Both the position numbers and the translations under genes were made by a program. A stretch of 64,000 nt of DNA from NCBI GenBank assembly GCA_965221905.1, contig OZ244922.1, positions 576,001 to 640,000 of the forward strand. The letters run 5' to 3'. Below, piece after piece: positions 19,638 through 29,886 of the stretch (position 1 is its first letter; the number at the start of each line of letters is the position of its first letter). The notes under the pieces were generated by a model, which was not told where the DNA came from, made no database searches, and saw only the letters and a program-made list of their open reading frames with translations. The stretch is from Chloroflexota bacterium. GTDB taxonomy: Bacteria; Chloroflexota; UBA11872; VXOZ01.

Positions 19638-21053
19638 ATGGCGACGACGGAGACTCGCACCGAGCGCGATTCGATGGGCGAGATGGAGGTACCCGCCGAC
19701 GCATATTATGGGGCCTCTACGCAGCGGGCGGTGTTGAATTTTCCCATTAGCGACCTGCGCTTTCCGCGCCGGTTCATCCAAGCGCTCGGCTTGATCAAGC
19801 AAAAAGCGGCGGAGGCGAACAGAGAGCTCGGCCTGCTCGACGACGGTCTGGCTATTGCGATTATCCAGGCGGCGCAGGAAGTGGCGGACGGCACGCTGGA
19901 TGATGAATTCGTGCTCGATATCTTTCAGACCGGCTCCGGCACCTCAACCAACATGAACGCCAACGAGGTCATCGCCAACCGCGCCGTGGAAATTCTCGGC
20001 GAAGCGCGCGGGTCGCGCACGGTGCATCCGAACGACCACGTGAACATCTGCCAGTCGTCCAACGACGTGATTCCGGCGGCTATGCATCTGTCGGCGCTCT
20101 TGAGCATACGGCAAGACCTGATACCGGCGTTGGCGAAACTTCAGCGGGCACTGGTTGGCAAAGCTGAAGAATTCATGCCCATCATCAAGACCGGGCGTAC
20201 GCACCTGCAGGATGCGACGCCTATCCGCCTGGGGCAGGAGTTCCAGGGTTACGCCGGACAGATCGAGCGGGCTATCAAACACTTGCGCCACGCCGAGGAC
20301 TGGCTGGGCGAATTGGCGCTGGGCGGCACGGCGGTCGGCACGGGCATCAACGCCCATCCCGCGTTCGCGCGTCTCGTCTGCGCCAAGCTGCGCGCGGCGA
20401 CGGGTTACCACATCCGCGAGACGGAGAATCACTTTCAGGCCCAGAGCGCGATTGACACGCTCGTGATGACGAGCGGCATGCTCAATACAGTGGCCGTGGC
20501 ACTGCTCAAGATCGCCAATGACATTCGTTGGTTGGGCTCCGGTCCCCGCGCGGGGCTCGGCGAACTGCTGCTGCCGGAAGTGCAGCCAGGCAGTAGCATC
20601 ATGCCCGGCAAGGTGAATCCCGTCATTCCCGAATCGGTAATCCAGGTCTGCGCGCAGGCGATGGGCAACCACCATGTGGTGACCATTTCCGGCCAGTGGG
20701 GATTCTTCGAGTTGAATACAATGCTGCCGGTGGCAGCGTACAATGTCTTGCGGCCGATAGCACTGCTCAGCAAAGCGGCGGCGAATTTTGCCGAACAGTG
20801 CGTGAGCGGCATCCAAGCTACGGAGCACGGCCCCGCCACAGTCGAACGCGGCCTCATGACTGCCACGGCTCTGGCGCCCTTGGTGGGCTACGACCAGGCT
20901 GCCGTGATTGCCAAGACTGCCCACGCCGAGAACAAGACCGTCCGTGAGATTGCCAAAGTCCTCACCAACCTTACCGACGAGCAATTGGACGAAGCGCTCG
21001 ACCCGGCAAAGATGGTACAACCGGGACTGAGCGGCATCGCGGCAGGGGGATGA
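19638..21053 (+). CDS. fumC: Class II fumarate hydratase
   Basis: RTERDSMGE, QTGSGTSTNMNANEV, GRTHLQDA, GSSIMPGKVNP. Confidence 0.95.
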   Translation: MATTETRTERDSMGEMEVPADAYYGASTQRAVLNFPISDLRFPRRFIQALGLIKQKAAEANRELGLLDDGLAIAIIQAAQEVADGTLDDEFVLDIFQTGSGTSTNMNANEVIANRAVEILGEARGSRTVHPNDHVNICQSSNDVIPAAMHLSALLSIRQDLIPALAKLQRALVGKAEEFMPIIKTGRTHLQDATPIRLGQEFQGYAGQIERAIKHLRHAEDWLGELALGGTAVGTGINAHPAFARLVCAKLRAATGYHIRETENHFQAQSAIDTLVMTSGMLNTVAVALLKIANDIRWLGSGPRAGLGELLLPEVQPGSSIMPGKVNPVIPESVIQVCAQAMGNHHVVTISGQWGFFELNTMLPVAAYNVLRPIALLSKAAANFAEQCVSGIQATEHGPATVERGLMTATALAPLVGYDQAAVIAKTAHAENKTVREIAKVLTNLTDEQLDEALDPAKMVQPGLSGIAAGG

Positions 21054-21150
21054 CCCGCGCGTGAAAGCACTGGGCGTGCAGTCCGGTCATGCTGACTGAA
21101 ATAGCTCAGCAGGAGCGAATTGAGGGGAATTGGAGCGGCCATAAGCCTGT

Positions 21151-21252
21151 CCGTTCGCCCTGAGCTTGTCGAAGGGTGAACGGGGTAGAAAAGCGGATTG
21201 ACGGTCTCGTTACTCCCTCCCACCTGTGCTTCGACAGGCTCAGCACGAACGG
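21151..21252. repeat. Inverted pair of REP elements, same family as the IS110 target
   Basis: CCGTTCGCCCTGAGCTTGTCGAAGGG and CTTCGACAGGCTCAGCACGAACGG. Confidence 0.8.
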
Positions 21253-21332
21253 ATCAAGGGGGGAAAGAGGAGCGTGGCGTGTCCCCCGCATAGCATGTAC
21301 TCGTTGCTCAATGAAACAGGAGGTTCTGCAGC

Positions 21333-22496
21333 ATGGCCTACTACGACGATTGGCCGGTACTCGGTAGCGAGGACGTGAATCCTCGACAACAGCGATTGTT
21401 CGAGCAGTACGAGGAGTATCTGCTGCGCTACATCAAGGAGCGCTACGAGACGCGAGGGCGCTTTTGGAATCGCGATTACTCCGGCCTGGATGCATACGAG
21501 CATTCGGTGGAGCCCAATCGACAGCACTTCTTAGACAGTCTTGGCGGCTGGCCGTGGGACCGGCAGGACTTGCACCTGCGCTTCGAGCCGCTGGCAACAA
21601 ACTTGGACTTTCGCGTCGAGCGGGTGTACTACCGCGTTTTCGATGGCGTGGAGAGCGATGCGCTCTTGCTGACGCCGCTCGGCAGGGGGCCTCACCCGGG
21701 GATCGTCCTGCAGATCGGCATCTACGGCGTGCCGGAGACGGCCTGTGGCTTCACTGAGACGGAACACGCGGGGATCGATAGTTCGTACCACCGCATCGGC
21801 GGGCGGCTGGCGATGCACGGCTATACCGTGCTCGCCACGCGCATGGTGACCGGGTTTGAACCGGATAAGCTGGCGGGGCGGTTCGCCCCGAAGCTGCAAG
21901 AGCTCAAGAGTGCGCAACCGCACGCCCGCATGTACCTCAACCGCCTCTGCCGCACCATCGGCATGGACCTCTTTGGGCTTGAGATGTTTGCCCTCTCGCG
22001 GGGCGTGGATCTGCTGGAGAGTCTACCGCAAGTGGATAGCGATCGGATCGGCTTCTATGGCAAGTCGCAGGGCGGACAGTCGGGTCTCTGGCTCGGCGCC
22101 TTGGAAACCCGCCTGCAAGCAGTGGTAAGCACGGCGTGGTTCAACGAGCGCTACCAAAAACAGGTGATCCCCTCTGAGCACTACCGGCCCTTTGCGCTCA
22201 CGGTGGAAGAGGACAAGACCTACCCCCATCTGCGCGAATTCGCCGATAGCGACATCGCCTCGTTGATTTGTCCGCGCGCGTTCATGGTGGAGGAGGGCAA
22301 GCACGACGGCGCGGTCTACTGGAAGTTAGCCGAGCAGGCCTTTGCCGAGGTCAAGGCGATTTACGAGCGCCTCGGCATCGGAGAGAAGTGCGAGATTCAC
22401 GTCCACGAGGGCGGCCACGAAGTCGAGCCGGAAGAGGAGACGGCGCGGATGCACTCGGTGCAGTTCTTAGACCGCTGGTTGAAGGGTGGGGCGTAA
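21333..22496 (+). CDS. Alpha/beta hydrolase (dienelactone hydrolase/acetyl-xylan esterase-like)
   Basis: VDSDRIGFYGKSQGG nucleophile elbow, ASLICPR, HEGGHE. Confidence 0.82.
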   Translation: MAYYDDWPVLGSEDVNPRQQRLFEQYEEYLLRYIKERYETRGRFWNRDYSGLDAYEHSVEPNRQHFLDSLGGWPWDRQDLHLRFEPLATNLDFRVERVYYRVFDGVESDALLLTPLGRGPHPGIVLQIGIYGVPETACGFTETEHAGIDSSYHRIGGRLAMHGYTVLATRMVTGFEPDKLAGRFAPKLQELKSAQPHARMYLNRLCRTIGMDLFGLEMFALSRGVDLLESLPQVDSDRIGFYGKSQGGQSGLWLGALETRLQAVVSTAWFNERYQKQVIPSEHYRPFALTVEEDKTYPHLREFADSDIASLICPRAFMVEEGKHDGAVYWKLAEQAFAEVKAIYERLGIGEKCEIHVHEGGHEVEPEEETARMHSVQFLDRWLKGGA

Positions 22497-22591
22497 AGCC
22501 GGGCAGTCAAAAGCCGAGCGGCATCCATCATTGGCTGCAAGAACGAAGTTCGCCAAACCTGCGCGGGCACACACACTGAGTTAGCTAATCG

Positions 22592-23350
22592 CTATTCCCC
22601 ATTGCTCGCGGGAGCAGGGCGGATGAGCTTCCACTGCGCGGTCTCGCTGAGCACCGAGGCCTCTTGATACGAGACGATGAAGGCGTAGCGCGCATGGTCG
22701 GTGCTGTTGCCTTTGGAATGGTGCCACAGCATACCGTGGAAGAGCAGCATCGAACCCGCCGGCAGCGGGACGGGAATGGCATGCTCGTTGGCGTATTCCT
22801 CAGGGGTGAGCTTGCGAATGCAAGCCCCATAGTCCACGATTTCGTAGTCCTGCAGACCCCAGCGATGGCTGCCCGGTACCACCCACATGCAGCCGTTGGC
22901 TTCGGTGGCGTCCTGGAGCGGCACCCAGATAGACATCCGCGTCTTACTATGCGTCTTAGGATCGTCGGGTTTCGTGTAGAAGGCCTCGTCCTGGTGCCAG
23001 TGGCAGATGATGTCGGATTGGGGCACTTTGGTAACCAACTTCGCTGAGTGCACGGCGATGCCGGGGCGGACGATATCTTCGATCAGGGAGAGGATGCGTT
23101 CATCGCGGGCAAAGCTGCTGATGAGCTTGGAGCGTAGGCCTATTTGAAGTATCCATCCGGGTCGGTTCGCCGTCGTGTCGCCGTGCTCCGGCATGAGGCG
23201 CTTGATCTCGTTGTTGAGGGCCGTCACGTCTGCCGGCGGAAAGACGTTATCAAGGATGAGGAATCCCTGCTCGTCGTAGGTCTGAAGCTCCGACGCGCTC
23301 AACGCGCGCAACTGCTGCGTTTGCTCCTCTAACGCCACTACCTTCGCCAT
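22592..23350 (-). CDS. Phytanoyl-CoA dioxygenase (PhyH) family 2OG-Fe(II) oxygenase
   Basis: WHQD, WVPLQDA..NGC..VVPGSH, WHHS..N....R. Confidence 0.92.
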   Translation of the reverse strand: MAKVVALEEQTQQLRALSASELQTYDEQGFLILDNVFPPADVTALNNEIKRLMPEHGDTTANRPGWILQIGLRSKLISSFARDERILSLIEDIVRPGIAVHSAKLVTKVPQSDIICHWHQDEAFYTKPDDPKTHSKTRMSIWVPLQDATEANGCMWVVPGSHRWGLQDYEIVDYGACIRKLTPEEYANEHAIPVPLPAGSMLLFHGMLWHHSKGNSTDHARYAFIVSYQEASVLSETAQWKLIRPAPASNGE

Positions 23351-23607
23351 GTTGCACTTCCTTCGTGAATCTACGCATCGTGCTGCTCTACGAGCTTTCT
23401 GCCGCTTCGTCCACCCTTGAGTGGCTCCGCCCGCTGCAACCTCGGGCCCGCAAGCGGAAGTCCCAGGCGAAGCGGTGACTTAACGTAATGTACAGGCGAT
23501 CACCCCTTTGCTATACGCAGTATTATACTGAATTGCCAACTTTTTGTGCTAGACGTTGCGTTTTCGCCGGGGAAGTGAACCACTATTAGCGCCTACCTAC
23601 CTTACGG

Positions 23608-23645
23608 AAGAGCGGGGAGCCCACCACCGAGCTCCCCGCTCTTTT
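23608..23645. terminator. GC-rich hairpin, terminator-like
   Basis: 13-bp stem AAGAGCGGGGAGC/GCTCCCCGCTCTT with TTTT at its 3' end on the plus strand. Confidence 0.6.
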
Positions 23646-23762
23646 GCATGCACGGAATCTTGTCTTGCTCCCATGCTTGGGCCCAAGTGCTTCATACGGT
23701 TGACAACTCCCAGAGAAGCACGGAGTGGAGCACAGCCGGTACGCACAGTCATGGCAAGCAGG

Positions 23763-25683
23763 CTAATTCGGTCTCTTAAAATGATATTCGCTTAGCCACT
23801 CATGCCGCGAGCGCGTGATGTCATACTGGCCGGTTCTGATGTATGCGATGGCATAGTCCGGCAATTCGCGCGACACGACACAGGACTCGCCTACATACCA
23901 ATCTTTCCCTTCGATGAAGCTGAAGTCCATGTTGTGGAGTTCGTTGCCGTCAATAACACTCTTGTCCACGGGAAACACGTGCAAAATGAACCGTTTGGCG
24001 GCGTCATCTCGAGCGCACACAGTCTTTACGTAGGTTAGGGTCCTGCCATCCAGGTAGACATCATAGCCGGAGCGAATGATCAACCGATCTTCTTCAGGTG
24101 CTGCAATCTCGACATTGTTGTGCCTAAGAGCGTAAATAGTGAAAGATGGCGTAGAATCGACGGCCAAGTAGCTCGCCTCGACAAAGTCGAAGAGAGGCTG
24201 AAAGTCATCCGGATCGTTTTTCCATCTTCCAGTGGAATGCCATGATTCGCGTTCAGCAGGTGCCAAAGGCGGCAAGCGAGAACGCCTCATGTCGATAATC
24301 AGTCTTGGCATTTGCTCCTCTACATCAGAGAAGAACTCTTCGCGAATTGATTGAGTTGTGTAGTTTGGCTTGGTCAGCGGAAGTTCATAGAAGAATCGTG
24401 TGGGCGCGTCACGATCGGAAAAGAGGTATAGCCAGGCACCCCTTCCCCAAACGAGAATAGGATCGTCACGCGCAGTTGCTCCTTGGATCAGGTCGCGGAG
24501 GCGAACTGAAATGGGCGAGTTCCTTTGAATGACAGACGTGCCGTTCTGCCCATATTTGTCGACAAGCCGTTCGAAATTTGAGAGCGGCGAAGCATAGTAG
24601 CCCGCAGCAAACAATAGCGCGAAAGAGAGAAGCCAGGGAGCGATCAGTCGTTGTTCAAGGACGAACCAAACAAATAAAGCGAGAAGTAGTATGGAAACGG
24701 GGAGGGCGGTGAGGAAGTAATGCCGGTATCCAAATCCTGACAGTGAAAGGCTAACGACCTCAAGTGGGAGCAGAATCAAAGCAACTAGCAAGAGTCCTTT
24801 GAATCGCTCAACTTGCACGCGTGTCCTTATGAGACAAGAGACACCGAGAAACCAGCTCGCAATAACCAGCAAAGAGATTGGCAGCATCTGAGTGAGTAGG
24901 TACTGTACCACCCCAAGTCTTTCCTGAAGCGAGGCACCGCTTTGTGCGAAATTGAAGACGAATACTGCATCCCAGAACGCATCTAACGCGCCCATAATCA
25001 GGAAGAGGCCCGCAACAGTGATGAGCACACTCCCACCGCCGAACACGGCCCAGGCAAGCTTGCGCAGGGAATTGTCTCTCACGAAAAGCCAATAGAGACC
25101 GATAACGATCCACAGTGCGACGAGATTTGGTCTGAGCAAGAAAGATGCAGCGCCGAGGACGCCGATGCCAAGATGCAACGAAGCGAAGTGAGGTGGGGAG
25201 ACGTTGGGCTTGGCCTGTTCTTCGCTACGGACAAAGAGATAGAGGGTGAGGAATTGAAAGAGCAGACCATACTGCTCTGTGAAGTTACCGGATGGAGTGA
25301 ATCTGGTGAAAAAGGCTAGGAAGAGCGCGAGAGCGAGCAGTGCAGGGATGGTGCCAAAACTGTTCCTTAGTGCTGCGAAGGCAAAATAGCATGCACCTAG
25401 TAAGAAAAGGGCTTGTATGAGCAAGCCCCCGAAGCCCTCGTGAATAATCAGGCCGATAGAATTTAGAAAGTAAAGCAGCGGGCCTTTGTTATCCCAGCGG
25501 TCGAGATATGGGATGTCACCTTGCAGGATACCCTTGGCTACGTAAATGAAAATGCAGGAATTGTATGCGCAGTCAGTTACAAATGAGTCCGACGGCAAGT
25601 ATAAGCAGGTAGGCAAGAACAATTACCCAACCGACGCCAAGCAGGCGATTGGTCACAACGGTGGGCGCAAACGAAAGCTTCAT
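23763..25683 (-). pseudogene. GT-C-like membrane glycosyltransferase paralog 1, with +1 frameshift near the 5' end
   Basis: ATG 25683 gives MKLSFAPTVVTNRLLGVGWVIVLAYLLILAV, homologous to the paralog 2 N-terminus, then a stop; removing one base at 25589-25590 joins it to the long frame DSFVT...PYLDRWDNKGP. Confidence 0.72.
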
Positions 25684-25768
25684 GGTTTGAGAGTTGAATT
25701 GGCGATTGTGGTTGTTTCAGTTGCAGTTACTGGTTGGCTCAGCCTATGACGGGGCGAAAGCTACGGTT

Positions 25769-25797
25769 AGTCTACAGCCAACAGCGGGGGCTTTCAA
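25769..25797 (-). promoter_or_regulatory. Putative sigma70 promoter of paralog 1
   Basis: TTGAAA-N17-TAGACT; a homologous element precedes paralog 2. Confidence 0.5.
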
Positions 25798-25870
25798 AAG
25801 AATGCACATCAGGCGGTTGCCGCACGTAATGTGTGTGAGGCCGCTATTGCCTTTGGTCGCGACAACAGAA

Positions 25871-27802
25871 TCACTGCAATTCGGTGAAATGATACTCGTT
25901 CAACCAGTCATGGGCGCTCTCGGATGCGTTGTACTGACCGGTCCTGATGAAGGCAATGGGATAGTTCGGCAGGTCGCGAGAGACGACGCAGGCCTCGCCA
26001 ACGTGCCAATCTTTCCCTTCCATAAAGGAGAAGTCCAAGGTCTCTTGGGATCTTCCTTCAATGACGCTTGTTTCATTCGGGATCACGTGCAGAATAAAGC
26101 GATTGCCGGCGTCATCGTGGCCGCACAGGCTCTTTACGTAGGTTAGGGTCTTGCCATCCAGGTAGATATCGTAAGTAGAGCTGATGATCAATTCGCCTTT
26201 GGGCGGTGGTTGCATTTCGGAGTCCCTCAGTCTGAGGGCGTAGAAGGTGAAAGGCCAGTTCGTTTCGATCGCTACATAATTGGCTTCGACGAAGTCAAAG
26301 AAGGGACCAAAGTCTGCCGGGTTGTGCATGTACCTTTCATGAGGTTGCCAACCAGCGCGTTCCGATCTATTCAAGGGAGCAAACCAATCGTATCGCGAAT
26401 CAATGATCAATACCGGCATATCACTCTTTAGATCAAGTACAAACTCGTCACGCATAGATTGAGTGGTGAAATGCGGCTTGACCAGCGCATGGTGCCAGAA
26501 GAAACGAGTCGACGCATTACGATCGGCAAGCAGATATATCCGAGCAGCCTTTCCCCATACCAGAATTCGATCGCCAGGTTCTGTAGCCTCTCGGACACGG
26601 GCGGCCACCAGCGATTCTCTATCCTCCACGATTAGACTATCGGCTGTGTATTTCTCTGCAAGCCGCGGGAAGTTAGATAAGGGCAAGGAAAAGTAGAACG
26701 CTCCCAGCAGAAGCGCGGCCGTGAGTAGTGTGGGGGCTATGAAGTTTTGCTTGAGGGTAAGCCATACCAGGAATGCCAGCAGAAGTGAGACGACCGGAAG
26801 TGAAGTCAGGAAATAATGTGCAAAATCAAAGCCTGAAAGAGAGGCAATAATGAATTCAAGCGGAAGAAGTATCAAACCGAGTGCTAACAGGCCTCTTACG
26901 GGCTCTTGTTGCACGTGATTTCCTACGAAAAGGCGAAGGCCGATTAGCCAACTTGCTACAACTAAGGGAGATGCTGGGAAAAGTCCTGCGGCTAGACTTC
27001 GGAGTACGTGAAGTCTTTGCAGAAGCGAGGTATTGCTGTGAGCGAAGTTGTAGAGGAAGACGGCATCCCAGAGTGCCCCCAAGGCACCAAGTGCCGCAAA
27101 GAGGGTTGCTACGAAAATGAGCACACTCCCTCCTCCAATAACTGCCCAAGCAAGCTTGCGCGGGGAATTACCCCTGATGAAAAGCCAATAGAGACCGATT
27201 ACGATCCAGAGAGCAACGAGGTTGGGTCTAAGAAGGAAGCAGGCGGCACCGAGCACGCCAATGCTCAAGTGCAGCAAGGCGAATTGTGCCCGGGAAGGTT
27301 CGGAAGAGGCTTGCTTTTGGCTGCGGGCGAATAGGTAAAGGGTGAGAAACTGAAAGAGAAGACCGTACTGCTCCGTATAGTTGCCTGGCGGTGCAAATCT
27401 CTTGTAATAAGCGAGGAATACTGCGAGAGCGAACAGGGCGGGGAGGACGCCCAATGTCCTCCAAAGCAGCAGAAAGGCCAGACTGGCTGCTCCAAGCAGG
27501 AAGAGGCCTTGAACGACCCAGATCCCCCACGTTTCGTCAATGACCAGGCCGATGAGGTTCAGGACGTAGAACAACGGACCTTTGTTGTCCCAGCGATCGA
27601 GATACGGGACTTCTCCTTCCAGAATGCCCTGCGCGACATATAGGTATATCGCTGAATCCCCGCCGGGTGTAGTGATGAACGAGTCAAAGGCAATGACAAA
27701 GAGCAGCGCCAGTAAGATTGCCCAACCGATGCCTAGCAGGCGATTGGTCACTAGTGCAGGCACTAACCGAGAATTCATTCTTTGAAAGTCCATCCGGCGC
27801 AT
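25871..27802 (-). CDS. GT-C-like (PMT/ArnT-type) membrane glycosyltransferase paralog 2 with C-terminal soluble domain
   Basis: DSAIYLYVAQGIL.G..PYLDRWDNKGP loop, many TM segments, TEQY, HYF, ILVWG, RFF motifs; start uncertain. Confidence 0.8.
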   Translation of the reverse strand: MRRMDFQRMNSRLVPALVTNRLLGIGWAILLALLFVIAFDSFITTPGGDSAIYLYVAQGILEGEVPYLDRWDNKGPLFYVLNLIGLVIDETWGIWVVQGLFLLGAASLAFLLLWRTLGVLPALFALAVFLAYYKRFAPPGNYTEQYGLLFQFLTLYLFARSQKQASSEPSRAQFALLHLSIGVLGAACFLLRPNLVALWIVIGLYWLFIRGNSPRKLAWAVIGGGSVLIFVATLFAALGALGALWDAVFLYNFAHSNTSLLQRLHVLRSLAAGLFPASPLVVASWLIGLRLFVGNHVQQEPVRGLLALGLILLPLEFIIASLSGFDFAHYFLTSLPVVSLLLAFLVWLTLKQNFIAPTLLTAALLLGAFYFSLPLSNFPRLAEKYTADSLIVEDRESLVAARVREATEPGDRILVWGKAARIYLLADRNASTRFFWHHALVKPHFTTQSMRDEFVLDLKSDMPVLIIDSRYDWFAPLNRSERAGWQPHERYMHNPADFGPFFDFVEANYVAIETNWPFTFYALRLRDSEMQPPPKGELIISSTYDIYLDGKTLTYVKSLCGHDDAGNRFILHVIPNETSVIEGRSQETLDFSFMEGKDWHVGEACVVSRDLPNYPIAFIRTGQYNASESAHDWLNEYHFTELQ

Positions 27803-27862
27803 GAAGATGTTTCAGTTTCAGTTGCTCGTTGACAGAGGCTCAGGCTCCGTAAGAGCTCCAGT

Positions 27863-27890
27863 AATTTACAGCCAACGACGGGGCATTCAA
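27863..27890 (-). promoter_or_regulatory. Putative sigma70 promoter of paralog 2
   Basis: TTGAAT-N16-TAAATT, spacer similar to 25769-25797. Confidence 0.45.
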
Positions 27891-27963
27891 AAAAGCGCAT
27901 TGGCGGACGTCGTCGCTAACAAGGTGTTCGGGACCGCCAAATCCTTCAGTTACGGTACGAGAG

Positions 27964-29886
27964 TCACTTTGGCTCTGAAAAGTAATGCTCACTTAGCCAA
28001 TCATGGGCCGTTCCAGACTCGTTGTACTGACCGGTCCTGATAGATGCTATGGGATATTCAGGTAGCACTTGCGAAACGATGCATCCTTCGCCTACCTTCC
28101 AATTCAAGCCTTCCACAAAGATGAAGTCCAAGCTGGCGTGCTCGTTACCGCCAATGACACTCTTGTCGACGGGAATGACGTGAAGGATGAAGCGTTTGGC
28201 GGCGTCATCCTGGGTGCAAGGGGTTTTCGCATACGTGAGGGTACGGCCATCAAGGTACACGTCATAGGTGGAGCGGATAATCAACTCGCCCTGAGCAGTC
28301 ATGGATTCTGCGCTGTCCTCGCTCCTAAGGCCGTAAACTACGTAGGATGCGAATTCGCCGAAAACAACGTAATTCGCCTCGACAAATTCAAAAAATGGCT
28401 TGAAGTCTTCCAAATCGTGCGCGTATCTGTCATGGGGCTTCCAACCAGCGCGTTCTTCACTATCTAAGGGCGCAAACCAGGAGAAGTGCGTGTCGACAAT
28501 TAGCACTGGCATTTCCCGCTTAACAGCGGAAAAGAACTCTTCACGAATTGTTTGATCGGTAAAGTTCGGCTTGACCAACGGGTGATGATAGAAGAAGCGA
28601 CTAGGGGCGTCGCGCTCAGATAGCAAATGTATCCTAGCGCCCTTTCCCCAAACCAGAATACGATCTTCAGGTCCGGTTAAACCCCCAATACGTCTGACTA
28701 GACGTGCCTCGGCGTCCTCGGCAAATAAGTTGCCACGCGTGTACTTGCCGGCAATTTGAGCGAAGTCGGATGCATGCAAGGAAAAGTACGCTGCGCTGAA
28801 GAGTATCAAAGTAGCGGTCAATGCGTGGGTGATAGGTAGGAATTCCAGAGCGGTCCACGCCAGCAAAGCTAGAAGTAGTGCGATTACCGGTAGTGCAGCC
28901 AGGTAATAGTGCAGGTATGAAAATCCGGAAAGAGAGAAACTCACGACTTCAAGCGGGAGCAGAATCAGGGTAAGCACTAACGTGCTTCTGAAGTGCCCAT
29001 CTTGCGCCCGTCTTTGAATGAGAATTAAACCACTGATGCACCAAGCAGCAATTACGAGTAGAGAGATTGGGAACGATTGTTCAAAAAGGCGTCTTACAAC
29101 CCCTAGTCTGTCTTCAAGTGAGGCTGTACTTTGAGCAAAGCTGAATTCGAAGACGGCTTCCCAGAGCGCACCAAGAGCGCCGACGGCCGCGAAGAGAGCA
29201 GCAACGGCGAGGAGAATGGCTGCGCCCCCGATGACGGCCCAGGCGAGCTTACGCAGTGAAGATCCTCTGAGGAAGAGCCAGTAGAGGCCGATAGCGATCC
29301 AAAGGCCAACGAGATTAGGTCTAAGTAAGAAAGAAGCAGCGCCGAGTGCGCCGATGGCGAGGTGTAGGGAAGCGAAGCGGGCCTGGGAGGGGGCGGGGTT
29401 AGGTAGTTCATGGCTGCGGAGGAAGAGGTAGAGGGTGAGGAACTGGAAGAGGAGGCCGTACTGTTCGGTGAAGTTGCCTGATTGGACAAACCTAGCAAAG
29501 AAGGCAAGGAAGAGGGCGAGAGCGAAGAGGGCGGGGAGAGTGCCGAAGGGTTTTCGTAGGGCGAGGAATGCGAACGTAGATGCGCCAAGCAAGAAGAGGC
29601 CCTGAACGAGCCAGAGGCCCCAGGTGTCATGAATGAGGAGGCCGAAGAGGTTGAGGAGGTAGAGCAGAGGGCCTTTGTTATCCCAGCGATGGAGGTAGGG
29701 AATGTCCCCTTCCAAGATGCCTTTGGCGACGTAGATGAAGATGCTCGAATCCCCTCCGGGTTTAGAAATGATTGAGTCGACGGCAAGAACAAAGAGGATT
29801 ACAAGCAGCAGAGCCCAAGCGGCTAAGAGCAGATGGTTGATATGGATGCGTGAGAGATTCACGGGCTTCAAGTTGGCAGCGTTCAA
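27964..29886 (-). CDS. GT-C-like membrane glycosyltransferase paralog 3
   Basis: Same motifs (GGDSSIFIYVAKG, WDNKGP, NFTEQY, IRTGQY); start uncertain (TTG/GTG). Confidence 0.8.
   Translation of the reverse strand: MNAANLKPVNLSRIHINHLLLAAWALLLVILFVLAVDSIISKPGGDSSIFIYVAKGILEGDIPYLHRWDNKGPLLYLLNLFGLLIHDTWGLWLVQGLFLLGASTFAFLALRKPFGTLPALFALALFLAFFARFVQSGNFTEQYGLLFQFLTLYLFLRSHELPNPAPSQARFASLHLAIGALGAASFLLRPNLVGLWIAIGLYWLFLRGSSLRKLAWAVIGGAAILLAVAALFAAVGALGALWEAVFEFSFAQSTASLEDRLGVVRRLFEQSFPISLLVIAAWCISGLILIQRRAQDGHFRSTLVLTLILLPLEVVSFSLSGFSYLHYYLAALPVIALLLALLAWTALEFLPITHALTATLILFSAAYFSLHASDFAQIAGKYTRGNLFAEDAEARLVRRIGGLTGPEDRILVWGKGARIHLLSERDAPSRFFYHHPLVKPNFTDQTIREEFFSAVKREMPVLIVDTHFSWFAPLDSEERAGWKPHDRYAHDLEDFKPFFEFVEANYVVFGEFASYVVYGLRSEDSAESMTAQGELIIRSTYDVYLDGRTLTYAKTPCTQDDAAKRFILHVIPVDKSVIGGNEHASLDFIFVEGLNWKVGEGCIVSQVLPEYPIASIRTGQYNESGTAHDWLSEHYFSEPK

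Noticed and set aside
16155-23350. Aminotransferase, hydrolase and dioxygenase as a secondary-metabolite cluster
   Set aside because: Mixed orientations, separated by REP-rich gaps and fumC, with no core synthase
23763-29886. Diversity-generating retroelement or integron explanation for the paralog triplet
   Set aside because: No reverse transcriptase, integrase, attC-like sites or adenine-specific variation evident; divergence spans the whole genes
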